NCBI GenBank assembly: GCA_050298055.1
Contig: JBNKTL010000062.1
Coordinates: forward strand, 1-23,979
Source: Spirochaetota bacterium
GTDB taxonomy: Bacteria; Spirochaetota; UBA4802; UBA5550
Direction: 5' to 3'
DNA length: 23,979 nt
Part shown: in pieces, positions 8,481 to 17,727 of the stretch
How positions within the stretch are numbered: position 1 is the first letter of the stretch
How the letters are laid out: every line of letters starts with the position of its first letter
Notes under the pieces: generated by a model
Databases searched by the model: none
What the model was told of the DNA's origin: nothing
What the model saw: the letters and a program-made list of their open reading frames with translations, nothing else
Program-made: the position numbers and the translations under genes

Positions 8481-10511
8481 ATGAAAAAGGTCCTCACAGT
8501 CTGCCCCTACTGCGGCTGTGGATGTGGTCTTTACCTTCACGTGGACAACGGCCAGATAACAGGCACGTCTCCCAGCACCTGTCACCCCATAAACAGAGGG
8601 ACCCTCTGCCTCAAGGGGTGGAATGTTCATGAATTTATAAATCATCCGGACAGGCTTAAATATCCATTAATAAAGAAGGGAGGGGGATACAGAAAGGCCG
8701 GGTGGGAAGAGGCCGGCAGCCTCATAGCCGGGAAGTTTTCCGGGATACGGGAAAAACATGGCCCCGACTCCCTGGGGATACTCAGCTCTGCCAAATGCAC
8801 GAACGAAGAGAATTTTCTCATAATGAAATTTGCCCGTGCGGTTCTGGGGACCAACAATATCGATCACTGTGCCCGGCTCTGCCACTCATCAACCGTGGGA
8901 GGACTTGCGGCGGCATTCGGGTCAGGGGCCATGACAAACTCCATCTGCGAGGTTGATAACGCCCGGGTCCTCTTTGTCATAGGATCAAATACCACGGAGC
9001 AGCATCCCATAATCTGGATGCATATGATGAGGGCCATAGAGAACGGTGCCACACTCATTGTTGCCGACCCCCGGAGGACCCACACGGCGGAGTTTGCCCA
9101 TATCTTCCTCCAGCACCGGAGCGGAACAGACGTGATCCTCCTTATGGGGATCATGAACGTTATTGTAAGCGAGGGACTTGTAGACAGTGACTTTGTGAGG
9201 ATGAGGACCGAGAATTTTGATGAGTTCGAGGAGAAGCTCAGGGGGTACGACCTGAATACGGTGGAGGCCATTACCGGGATCAGTGCTGTTGATATAAAAC
9301 GTGTTGCAAGGATCTACGCCGCTGAAAAGAGGTCCATGCTCTTCTATGCCATGGGTGTGACCCAGCATATTACGGGCGTTGACAATGTGAAGGCCTGCGC
9401 CAACCTTGTGATGCTTACCGGGCATATCGGCGTGTCCTCTTCCGGCCTTAATCCACTCAGGGGACAGAACAATGTCCAGGGCGCATGTGATATGGGCGCC
9501 CTGCCCAATGTCTATTCGGGATACCAGAAGGTCACTGATGAAGCCTTCCGGAAGAAGTTTGAGGCCGCGTGGAAGGTTGAACTCCCCGGAGAACCGGGAC
9601 TGACCGTCATGGAGATGATGGACGCGGCCTATGAAGGGAAAATGAAGGGAATGTACATCATCGGGGAGAACCCCATGCTCTCCGATCCCGACCTCAGGCA
9701 TGTCCAGGATTCCATGAACAGGCTGGATTTCCTTGTTGTCCAGGACATCTTTCCCAGTGAAACATCGGAGTATGCCGATGTTATTCTCCCCGCGGCTTCA
9801 TTCGCGGAGAAAGACGGGACCTTTACCAATACCGAAAGGCGGGTTCAGCTCCTTAACAGGGCTGTAGAACCTGTGGGTGAATCAAAACCTGACTGGGAGA
9901 TCATAAGCCTTCTCGCCCGGGAAATGGGTTACCCCATGCACTACAATGAAAGCAGCGAGATCGCAGAAGAGATATCCATTCTTACGCCTTCATATGGCGG
10001 GATCCTTCACAGCAGGCTGCCCCGGGTCTTCGGGCTGCAGTGGCCCTGCCCCGATACGGATCACCCGGGGACACCCTTTCTTCACAGGAAGAGATTTACC
10101 AAGGGTGCCGGTACATTTTCCCGGATCGAATTTGTGCCCCCCGATGAACTTGCGGACGGTGAATATCCCATGCTTCTCACCACGGGAAGGCTCTACTATC
10201 ACTTTCACACGGGGACAATGTGCAGAAGGACCGTCATCCTTGACAGGGACGAACCGGAATGCCATATCGAGATAAATCCCGCGGATGCGGAAATGCTTAA
10301 GATATCCAATAACACGGTGGTCAAAGTAAGTTCCCGGAGAGGATCCATAAAAGTGAGGGCGCTGATTACCGGGTCATCGCCCCGGGGCATTGTCTTTATC
10401 CCCTTTCACTTCAGGGAAGCGGCGGCCAATATCCTGACAAATCCCGCAATGGACCCCGGGGCAAAGATCCCCGAGTACAAGGTCTGCGCGGTACGGCTTG
10501 ATGCCGGATAG
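8481..10511 (+). CDS. fdhF: Formate dehydrogenase catalytic subunit (Mo/W-bisPGD, Cys-containing, cytoplasmic)
   Basis: CPYCGCGC...C [4Fe-4S], NNIDHCARLCH active site, LRGQNNVQG, AEKDGTFTNTERRVQ, KIPEYK; no Tat signal; AGGAGG upstream of ATG 8481. Confidence 0.92.
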   Translation: MKKVLTVCPYCGCGCGLYLHVDNGQITGTSPSTCHPINRGTLCLKGWNVHEFINHPDRLKYPLIKKGGGYRKAGWEEAGSLIAGKFSGIREKHGPDSLGILSSAKCTNEENFLIMKFARAVLGTNNIDHCARLCHSSTVGGLAAAFGSGAMTNSICEVDNARVLFVIGSNTTEQHPIIWMHMMRAIENGATLIVADPRRTHTAEFAHIFLQHRSGTDVILLMGIMNVIVSEGLVDSDFVRMRTENFDEFEEKLRGYDLNTVEAITGISAVDIKRVARIYAAEKRSMLFYAMGVTQHITGVDNVKACANLVMLTGHIGVSSSGLNPLRGQNNVQGACDMGALPNVYSGYQKVTDEAFRKKFEAAWKVELPGEPGLTVMEMMDAAYEGKMKGMYIIGENPMLSDPDLRHVQDSMNRLDFLVVQDIFPSETSEYADVILPAASFAEKDGTFTNTERRVQLLNRAVEPVGESKPDWEIISLLAREMGYPMHYNESSEIAEEISILTPSYGGILHSRLPRVFGLQWPCPDTDHPGTPFLHRKRFTKGAGTFSRIEFVPPDELADGEYPMLLTTGRLYYHFHTGTMCRRTVILDRDEPECHIEINPADAEMLKISNNTVVKVSSRRGSIKVRALITGSSPRGIVFIPFHFREAAANILTNPAMDPGAKIPEYKVCAVRLDAG

Positions 10512-10530
10512 CTTGAGAGAGGAGAGAAAA

Positions 10531-11565
10531 ATGGAGGACGGACTTATTCTTCCCCGGAAACACCTTGGCTACTGGTTGAGGCAGATAAAAAAAGAAAGAC
10601 AGCTGATCGCCCCGGTAAAGGACATATCGGGAGATATATTCTACAGTGAGGTTGAAAAGATTGAAGATATTGAAGTGAGTCCTCCCTCTTCTCTCCCCAC
10701 ACTCAAAGAGTTTTTTATACCCCAGTATGAACCCCTTTTCCGCAGAGAAAAAGGGGAGGGGGATGAAGCTGTAAAAGAACTGATTGACAGCCGCAGGCGC
10801 TGTATCTTCGGAGTGCGTTCATGTGACATCTCAGCCCTGAAGATACTGGACAGGTTTTATACCGGGAAGTATACCGATCCCTACTATTCCGCCCGGAGGG
10901 AAAATACACTTCTCATATCGGTGGCCTGCAGCGAACCCGGTCCTTCATGCTTCTGCGCGGGGCTGAATACCGGTCCCTACCTGGAAGAGGGGTTTGATAT
11001 TCAGCTCGTTGAGATGGATGGACGTTTTTTCGTTGATACGGGAAGCAAACGTGGAAGAGAAATTATTGAAGAGAACGGGTTTCTCTTTACCCCTGCCGGT
11101 GAAGGGGACAGGGAAGACAGGTTCGATGTGCTTTTCAATGCCCGGGCAAAGGTCAGGAAAAGTATCAGCCTTGATAAAGCAGGTGAGATAATCGGGTCGG
11201 AGGCGGCCGGTGAGGGTTTCTGGAGGGAGCTTGCCGTAAATTGTATTGAGTGTGGAGGATGTGTCTATAACTGTCCTCTCTGTACCTGTTTTACCGTTAC
11301 CGACAGGGAATATGATGATCACATGGAGCGGGTGAGGATATGGGACACCTGCCTTCTCAAGGGATTTACCTGGAGGGCGGGGGGTATTTTCCCCGAGAAG
11401 GAGAAGGTGAAAAGGATCAAAAGATGGTATTTTCATAAACTTGTTCATCAAAAGGAGACCGCAGGCTGTCATGGATGCGTGGGGTGCGGAAGGTGCGCAA
11501 GGACATGCCCTTCGGGGATTCATATGGCGGCAACAACGGCAAGAATCAAGGGGCTCCCTGTATGA
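10531..11565 (+). CDS. 4Fe-4S dicluster protein, AsrA / sulfhydrogenase beta (HydB) / FlxB-like
   Basis: FGVRSCD, DPYY..RR, C-x6-CFC, CIECGGCVYNCPLCTCF, R-x-WDTC and CVGCGRCARTCP; GAGGAG upstream of ATG 10531. Confidence 0.85.
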   Translation: MEDGLILPRKHLGYWLRQIKKERQLIAPVKDISGDIFYSEVEKIEDIEVSPPSSLPTLKEFFIPQYEPLFRREKGEGDEAVKELIDSRRRCIFGVRSCDISALKILDRFYTGKYTDPYYSARRENTLLISVACSEPGPSCFCAGLNTGPYLEEGFDIQLVEMDGRFFVDTGSKRGREIIEENGFLFTPAGEGDREDRFDVLFNARAKVRKSISLDKAGEIIGSEAAGEGFWRELAVNCIECGGCVYNCPLCTCFTVTDREYDDHMERVRIWDTCLLKGFTWRAGGIFPEKEKVKRIKRWYFHKLVHQKETAGCHGCVGCGRCARTCPSGIHMAATTARIKGLPV

Positions 11566-11580
11566 GAGGAGTATAAATTT

Positions 11581-12414
11581 ATGGAGAGAACCGCTGAAAT
11601 TAAAAAGGGTCCTGATAACATCTACATGCCGGTCCCGTGCGGCATCAGGAGCGTTTCTCTTGAAACAGCGGATGTAAAGTGTTTTACCCTTGTTCCGGAT
11701 AGGAAGATTGTTTTCAATCCCGGTGAGTTCTTTATGGTTTCAGTATGGGGTTCCGGAGAGATCCCCCTCTCTTTGGCATCTCTCTCTCATGAGAGCGGTG
11801 AAATCCAGTTCTGTTTAAGAAGTGTGGGGAGGGTGAGTTCACGGCTTTTTAACCTGAAAGAGGGTGATGATATCTGGATCAGAGGTCCCTACGGCAGGGC
11901 TTTCCCCCTGGAGGATTTTCACAGGAGGGATGTTCTTCTTGTGGCGGGGGGGATAGGGATTGCTCCGCTGAGACCCCTGCTGCAGATGAGAATGAATAAA
12001 CCGGGTGAGGGGAGTATGATGCTCATATACGGTTCAAAGGACCCGGAGCAGATAATATTCAGGAGTGAAACCGATACCTGGAGGAATTCCGGGATTGAAA
12101 CGGTATTGACCGTGGATACGGGTGACAGTCAGTGGGAGGGAAACTGCGGGCTTGTCACCGGGTATCTCAATTTGTTTCACGGCAGACCGGAAGAGAGCAT
12201 GGCCTGTATCTGCGGGCCCGATATCATGATGAGCATTGTATTGAAAAACCTTGTTCAGGCGGGAATCCCGGAAAAAAATATTCTCTGTACCTGTGAAAAA
12301 CATATGAAGTGCGGTGTGGGAAAATGCGGCCACTGTTATGCCGGTTCAAAGTATGTCTGTCTTGACGGCCCTGTTTTTACCGCCGAAGAGATCGTCAGGA
12401 ATAAGATACTTTAA
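11581..12414 (+). CDS. FAD/NAD(P)-binding [2Fe-2S] subunit, AsrB / sulfhydrogenase gamma (HydG) / FlxA-like
   Basis: GEIPLS, RGPYGRAFP, AGGIGIAPLR, CGP and MKCGVGKCGHC...VCLDGPVF. Confidence 0.88.
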   Translation: MERTAEIKKGPDNIYMPVPCGIRSVSLETADVKCFTLVPDRKIVFNPGEFFMVSVWGSGEIPLSLASLSHESGEIQFCLRSVGRVSSRLFNLKEGDDIWIRGPYGRAFPLEDFHRRDVLLVAGGIGIAPLRPLLQMRMNKPGEGSMMLIYGSKDPEQIIFRSETDTWRNSGIETVLTVDTGDSQWEGNCGLVTGYLNLFHGRPEESMACICGPDIMMSIVLKNLVQAGIPEKNILCTCEKHMKCGVGKCGHCYAGSKYVCLDGPVFTAEEIVRNKIL

Positions 12415-12602
12415 AAGATTTTTTCACAACGACGATTACCAGGAGTACGATGGAAGAAGATGAAACCTTTTTTTTTCTTCCTTCCTGCCGGATATTAAAA
12501 AACAGATAAACCGAATAATATTGTAATTGACGAATTGAATAAAACGGAATAAATAAAATGATTATCTTTATAAAATATCATTACGAAAAGTGAATAAAAA
12601 CA

Positions 12603-15020
12603 ATGAAAAAATTAAGCTGGGCAGCAGGGTTGTTACTGGTTTTTATTATTCTCTTGTCGATTTTTTCTGTAAGGATTAACCGGATACAGACAAGTGGAAA
12701 TATACTCCTTCCCGGACTTTCTTCCCCGGTGAAAATTTTACGGGATGAGAAGGGGATGGCATACATCCACGCAGAGAATCTCCCCGATGCCCTTACCGCT
12801 CAGGGATTTGTCACCGCCCAGGACAGGCTGTTCCAGATGGAGTTGACAAGGCGTATGTCACAGGGACGGATATCCGAACTGGCAGGCAGGAAAACAATTC
12901 AACTTGATATCAGGAACAGGACACTGGATTTTCACAGGCAGGCCAAAAAACATGCTGCTCTTCTCTCCGAGCAGGAGAGGAAATATATTAAATGCTACCT
13001 CAGGGGGCTCAACTACTATATAACCGGGTATAAAAAATATCATCCCGTGGAATTTCGTCTGGCGGGAATACAACCGGAACCGTGGGATATACCGGATGTT
13101 CTCTCCATTGGATATTACATGGGCTGGGAAAGCGCAGCCAATCTTAAGACCGAGCTTGTGACTCAGATGCTGGTCGATAAAGTCGGTCCCGAAAGGGCAG
13201 CGGAGCTCTTCCCCCTGAATACAAATCCCGATGATAACAACGGGTCCGTATCTCTCCGGAATAAGAATGCCTGGAAAACAGCATCCGCAACAGGGCTTGA
13301 TCTTTCAGGTGATACGGGTCTTAAATCGTACTTTGAACATACAGGGGGCCTTAACGTGGGGAGCAATAACTGGGTCGTTGGCCCGGACTGCTCCAGGAGC
13401 GGCAGGCCCCTGGTTGCAAATGATCCGCACCTGGATCCCACACTGCAGCCGGGTCCCTGGTATCCCGCGGGTATCATTATTCCCGGTCTGAGAGCTGTGG
13501 GTGTGACCATAGCAGGGCTTCCCGGTATGGTCGTGGGAAGGACAAACTCCGTAAGTTATGGTGTGACAAATTCATACGGTGACGCCCAGGACCTCTATAT
13601 TGAGACCCTTGATCCCGAGAAGAGCGGTAATTACCTTGAAGGGAAAAAGTCCGTACCCTTTGAAAAGAGAGAGGAGACCATTGTCTACCGGGACAGTGAC
13701 GCGGAGCAGGGTTACTCCAAAAAGACCATAACGATTCTCAAAACCGGGAGGGGGCCTGTTATATCAAATATTCTCCCCGGCCTGAACACAAAAAAGGTCA
13801 TAACCGTCAGGTGGTCACCCTATGAAAGCATGCTGCCGGAAACCGGTCTTCTGTTAATGTTTCAGGCAAAGTCTGCCGGTGAAGTCAGAAGTTCCCTGAG
13901 TAAACTGACATTTATCATGCTCAACTTTGTCTTTGCCGATACTCAGGGCAACATAGGATGGCATACCACTGGAAAACTTCCCCTGCGGTCACAGGGTGAG
14001 AGTATCACACCCTACACGGTAAAAGACGGCATTGACAACTGGAGAGGATGGATACCCTTTGATAAGATGCCCTCGGACTTCAACCCGGAAAAAGGATGGC
14101 TCGGGACATGCAACCACAATACGGTAAAGAAAGATTATCCCTACTATATCTCTTCATATTTTTCGCCCCATTACCGGTATACGCGTCTCAAACAGATATG
14201 TGACTCTTACGAGAAAAGAGACCCGATGTTTCACTGGAAGGTCCAGAGAGACACCCTGAATATTCTGGCAGCAAGTATAACGCCCGTTATAAAAAAAGTT
14301 CTGCTTTTAGAAAAAGATACCGAATTTCTCGGTAAAATTCTCGGTGACTGGGACTATACGGACTCCCGGGATAACTATGCTCCATCCATATTTCAGAACA
14401 TTTTCCGCAATATTGCCATTGAGACATTCAGGGACGAACTGGGAGATGAACTTACGAAAACCCTGCTCTCACCATGGTATGTCTGGCAGGAACGCCTTGA
14501 AAACATGATATTGGAAGGGGAATCAGACTGGTTTGATGATAAGACGACACAGGAGAAAAAGGAGACAGTTAGTGATATTATCCATCGTGCCGCCCTGAAG
14601 ACCATAAAGGACCTTGGTGAGAAATACGGATCAAATCCCATTAACTGGAAGTGGGGTAAAATGCATACCATTGAATTTATCAATCCCCTCATGAGAAGCG
14701 GTATACTCAAATGGATTTTCGGGGGAGGGAAATTCTCCATGTCAGGGTCCGGGGAGACCCTTTACAGGGGGCTTTATAAATTCGAGAAACCCTTTGGGGT
14801 GAAGATTGCCGCCGCCCTGAGAATGGTTGCGGACATGGGTGATAATGACAAAATACTGGCAGTCCTTCCCTGGGGGGTCAGTGCCAGGATGTTCAGTAAA
14901 CACAACAGCGACCAGATGAAAAAGTACATGAACGGAGAGCCGGTCTACTGGTGGTTCAGTGACAAAATGATAAAGAGGAACAGCCAGAAAGAGTACCGGC
15001 TTGTTCCTTCGGTGAAATAG
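12603..15020 (+). CDS. Penicillin acylase / peptidase S45 family Ntn-hydrolase
   Basis: N-terminal anchor, AQGFVTAQDRLFQMEL, autoprocessing site G-SNNWVV, ANDPHL, NFVFAD and WKWGKMH. Confidence 0.93.
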   Translation: MKKLSWAAGLLLVFIILLSIFSVRINRIQTSGNILLPGLSSPVKILRDEKGMAYIHAENLPDALTAQGFVTAQDRLFQMELTRRMSQGRISELAGRKTIQLDIRNRTLDFHRQAKKHAALLSEQERKYIKCYLRGLNYYITGYKKYHPVEFRLAGIQPEPWDIPDVLSIGYYMGWESAANLKTELVTQMLVDKVGPERAAELFPLNTNPDDNNGSVSLRNKNAWKTASATGLDLSGDTGLKSYFEHTGGLNVGSNNWVVGPDCSRSGRPLVANDPHLDPTLQPGPWYPAGIIIPGLRAVGVTIAGLPGMVVGRTNSVSYGVTNSYGDAQDLYIETLDPEKSGNYLEGKKSVPFEKREETIVYRDSDAEQGYSKKTITILKTGRGPVISNILPGLNTKKVITVRWSPYESMLPETGLLLMFQAKSAGEVRSSLSKLTFIMLNFVFADTQGNIGWHTTGKLPLRSQGESITPYTVKDGIDNWRGWIPFDKMPSDFNPEKGWLGTCNHNTVKKDYPYYISSYFSPHYRYTRLKQICDSYEKRDPMFHWKVQRDTLNILAASITPVIKKVLLLEKDTEFLGKILGDWDYTDSRDNYAPSIFQNIFRNIAIETFRDELGDELTKTLLSPWYVWQERLENMILEGESDWFDDKTTQEKKETVSDIIHRAALKTIKDLGEKYGSNPINWKWGKMHTIEFINPLMRSGILKWIFGGGKFSMSGSGETLYRGLYKFEKPFGVKIAAALRMVADMGDNDKILAVLPWGVSARMFSKHNSDQMKKYMNGEPVYWWFSDKMIKRNSQKEYRLVPSVK

Positions 15021-15127
15021 TTTTAATGAGAGCCGTATATCTCTTCTTTTAAACCGCATCCCGTGTCCCCGGATTTTCAGAAATCATCCCGGCACCCTGT
15101 TTTTGAGAACCTGCAAATACAGACAGT

Positions 15128-15175
15128 CGGTTTGATTCTTCTTGACATTCTGTAATAAACTCATAAATTGGTGGG
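15128..15175 (+). promoter_or_regulatory. 48-bp direct repeat, copy 1, containing a sigma70-like promoter
   Basis: TTGACA (15142-15147), 16 nt, TAAATT (15164-15169); 38/48 identical to 15902-15949 by manual alignment. Confidence 0.7.
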
Positions 15176-15194
15176 TCGTTCGATAATTCATTAT

Positions 15195-15896
15195 ATGAAA
15201 AAGAGAAAAATGAAAACAGTACGTCGTTTTAATACATATATTCTTCTTCTCGCGACTATCGGATTCCCTCTGTTTGCACCGCTTGATATTATCGCATTTC
15301 CTGAAATAAAATTTAAATTATTGTCGCTACGATTGGCTGTTGCTCTGGTTTGTTTTATTCTCTTGATATTGTCTTCTCGTATCAAAGATAAATATATACC
15401 GTTTATGCTGCAATTCAGTACGTATCTCATATGTTTGGGGGCGTCTTTCCTGGTCTATTTAACCGGGGAAGGATTTTCTTCTCCCTACAATGCAGCCATG
15501 TTTCAGATTTTGGCGGTTATTACCGTTCTTTTCCATCTGAAAACCCGGAATTTTATTATCTTATTGGTTATAGTATTAATTCAGCATTTTATATTTCTCT
15601 TTCTTGCCGGCAGCCCCACCCTGAAGGAACTGGTTATAGCTCTTTTTGCACTGGGAGGATTAACACTTACATGCATCCTCGTTCATTATTTCTTTTATAA
15701 ATATCAAAAGGAGAATATAACCTTGAGAAGTCTCTTGCCTATCTGCGCAGGATGTAAAAAAATTATGGATGATAAAGGCTGCTGGAACCAGATTGAAAAA
15801 TATATTACAGAGCATTCCGGAACCGAATTTACCCATGGATTTTGTCCCGACTGTGCAAAAAAATATGAAAAAGAAATTGAACAAATAGTCGTGTAA
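15195..15896 (+). CDS. Multi-pass membrane protein with a C-terminal Cys-rich (CxxC...HGxCPxC) domain
   Basis: About 5-6 hydrophobic helices followed by LLPICAGCKKI..W..IEKYI..H..FTHGFCPDC; start at ATG 15195 or 15210. Confidence 0.8.
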   Translation: MKKRKMKTVRRFNTYILLLATIGFPLFAPLDIIAFPEIKFKLLSLRLAVALVCFILLILSSRIKDKYIPFMLQFSTYLICLGASFLVYLTGEGFSSPYNAAMFQILAVITVLFHLKTRNFIILLVIVLIQHFIFLFLAGSPTLKELVIALFALGGLTLTCILVHYFFYKYQKENITLRSLLPICAGCKKIMDDKGCWNQIEKYITEHSGTEFTHGFCPDCAKKYEKEIEQIVV

Positions 15897-15901
15897 GGGG
15901 A

Positions 15902-15949
15902 CGGTTTGATTGTTCTTGACATCCTGTCATGATCCCGTATTCTGGTGGG
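15902..15949 (+). promoter_or_regulatory. 48-bp direct repeat, copy 2, containing a sigma70-like promoter upstream of hicAB
   Basis: TTGACA (15916-15921), 16 nt, TATTCT (15938-15943). Confidence 0.7.
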
Positions 15950-16038
15950 CAGTTTAGTAAGATATTCAAACGCGAGAAATTGAATGAAATTACTAAAACA
16001 GCAACAATTGTTACTGTTTATCACAATTGAATGGAAAA

Positions 16039-16299
16039 ATGGGTAAATACGAAAAACTTGTCGACCAGATACTTCGTGGCAGGAGCGATGCCAATATTTC
16101 ATTTTCAGATTTGGTTGGACTTCTGCAATACTTCGGTTTTGAATTGCGTATATCGGGTAGTCATCATATTTTTCGGAAGCAGGGAGTTGAAGAAAAACCA
16201 AATTTGCAAAAAGACGGAAATAAAGCGAAACCATACCAGGTTAAACAGATTCGTAATATTATTCTGAAGTATAGTTTAGGGAAAAAAAATAATGAATAA
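16039..16299 (+). CDS. hicA: HicA-family toxin (mRNA interferase)
   Basis: Basic 86-aa protein with NISFSDL..LL...GF, GSHHIF and AKPYQVKQ. Confidence 0.9.
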   Translation: MGKYEKLVDQILRGRSDANISFSDLVGLLQYFGFELRISGSHHIFRKQGVEEKPNLQKDGNKAKPYQVKQIRNIILKYSLGKKNNE

Positions 16300-16504
16300 A
16301 TATGAAATAATTATCTATTGGAGTGAAGAAGACCAGTCATTCGTAGCGGAAGTTCCCGAACTTCCCGGCTGCATGGCACATGGAGAAACATACGATTCCG
16401 CATTGGCTAACATCAAAGAAGCAATGGAATTATGGATTAATACCGCTAAAGAATTTAATGATCCTGTTCCTGTTCCCAAAGGCCGACGCCTTGCTTTTGC
16501 ATAA
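16292..16504 (+). CDS. hicB: HicB-family antitoxin, short form without a DNA-binding domain
   Basis: YWSEED..FVAEVPELPGCMAHGET...A..NIKEA..LW; overlaps hicA by 8 nt. Confidence 0.92.
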   Translation: MNKYEIIIYWSEEDQSFVAEVPELPGCMAHGETYDSALANIKEAMELWINTAKEFNDPVPVPKGRRLAFA

Positions 16505-16613
16505 AACAATAATAGATTTTCTGATAAAAATTGATGAAGTTAATTGAGCATGGTCTTGGAGAGCATCCAATCAGTATTGAGGATTTTAACCGGGTAAAAG
16601 CAGAAGACCGGTT

Positions 16614-17423
16614 ATGATTTCTCGAATACTCTTATCAGCATTAATTCTTACCCTCCCACTCTCCTGCGGGAAAAACACCCGGACACCGGTGAAAAACCTG
16701 AGGTTTGCCATAATCGGAAACACCTGTCCCGAATCGCCCTTCTCCGGGTTTGACCGGGAGCTTGACCTTCTTGTGGGGGAGATCAACAGGGCCAACCCGG
16801 TACTCCTCTTTCATACAGGCAATAGTGTCCACGGAGGAAAGAGCTGGATGGGAATTAAGGAGATGGATCTTGAGAGACAGTTCGGAGAATTCATCTCCTC
16901 CATGAAAAAACTGGGCCCTCCGCTCTATACTGTTCCCGGTTCCCTTGACAGCCTGGACGGCAGGCTGGACATCTACAGGAAGTATACCGGAAGAAATAAC
17001 TATTACTCTTTCAACTATGGAGCCGTTCATTTTATCGTTCTGGATACGAAAGAAGGAAGTGAAATGATCGATAGTGCACAGATGGAATGGCTTGAAAAAG
17101 ATCTTCAAAAGTACAGGGACGCCCAGGCAGTGATCGTTTTTACCCACCATCCCCTTTTCAGGGCACAGGGGAAGAGAATGATCCTTAAGGCGGGAGAGAA
17201 GCTGCACGGAATTTTTAAGTTCTATCCCGTCAAAGCGGTCTTTTCCGGAAAACGGGAGGGGTATGACCGTGTTGATAACGGGAATATTGAATATCACATT
17301 ACCGGAACACGTCTTCTTCATGATAAAGGCTGGAGCAGGGACAGGGTGCATTATTATATTATTGACTTTGACGGCGTCTCATTTAAGGTTGAAAAAAAAG
17401 AGCTCGATCTGAAAAAAAGATGA
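16614..17423 (+). CDS. Lipoprotein with a calcineurin-like metallophosphoesterase fold and degenerate metal ligands
   Basis: Lipobox-like LPLSC; scaffold motifs RFAIIG, YYSFNYG..HFIVLDT, QMEWLEKDL, VFTHHP and VKAVFSG are kept, but most catalytic D/N/H residues are replaced. Confidence 0.8.
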   Translation: MISRILLSALILTLPLSCGKNTRTPVKNLRFAIIGNTCPESPFSGFDRELDLLVGEINRANPVLLFHTGNSVHGGKSWMGIKEMDLERQFGEFISSMKKLGPPLYTVPGSLDSLDGRLDIYRKYTGRNNYYSFNYGAVHFIVLDTKEGSEMIDSAQMEWLEKDLQKYRDAQAVIVFTHHPLFRAQGKRMILKAGEKLHGIFKFYPVKAVFSGKREGYDRVDNGNIEYHITGTRLLHDKGWSRDRVHYYIIDFDGVSFKVEKKELDLKKR

Positions 17424-17430
17424 TCCCGCA

Positions 17431-17715
17431 ATGAAATCCAAAAAAGATTTTTATAATATTGATGAATTTATCGGGGCACTCATTGAAGGAGGTGTCACAA
17501 GGGCCGCTTTTACACAGATAGATGAGAGAAGGGCCATTGAAAAAAAGAGAGGGGAGATCCAGGTTATCCCCTACAGGAAGCTTGAAGTCCTGGCATATAA
17601 AGACTCCATGATCTACAGCTATGTTGAGGAGGGGGACGTGGATTTTGAGAGAGCATTCAGAAAGATAGAAGAGAGAGGAATCGAACCTGTAAAGCGGAGC
17701 AGAAATATTCTGTGA
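17431..17715 (+). CDS. Small hypothetical protein
   Basis: 94-aa ORF packed between co-oriented genes with 7-nt and 12-nt gaps. Confidence 0.7.
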   Translation: MKSKKDFYNIDEFIGALIEGGVTRAAFTQIDERRAIEKKRGEIQVIPYRKLEVLAYKDSMIYSYVEEGDVDFERAFRKIEERGIEPVKRSRNIL

Positions 17716-17727
17716 GAGAGCTGCATA

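Noticed and set aside
8880..8882. Selenocysteine in the FdhF active site
   Set aside because: The codon is TGC (CARL-C-H) and the ORF is uninterrupted, so this is the Cys form.
15128..16613. Integron cassette array (attC sites) around the membrane gene and hicAB
   Set aside because: No RYYYAAC...GTTRRRY palindromic attC structure or integrase is visible; the 48-bp repeats are direct and promoter-like.
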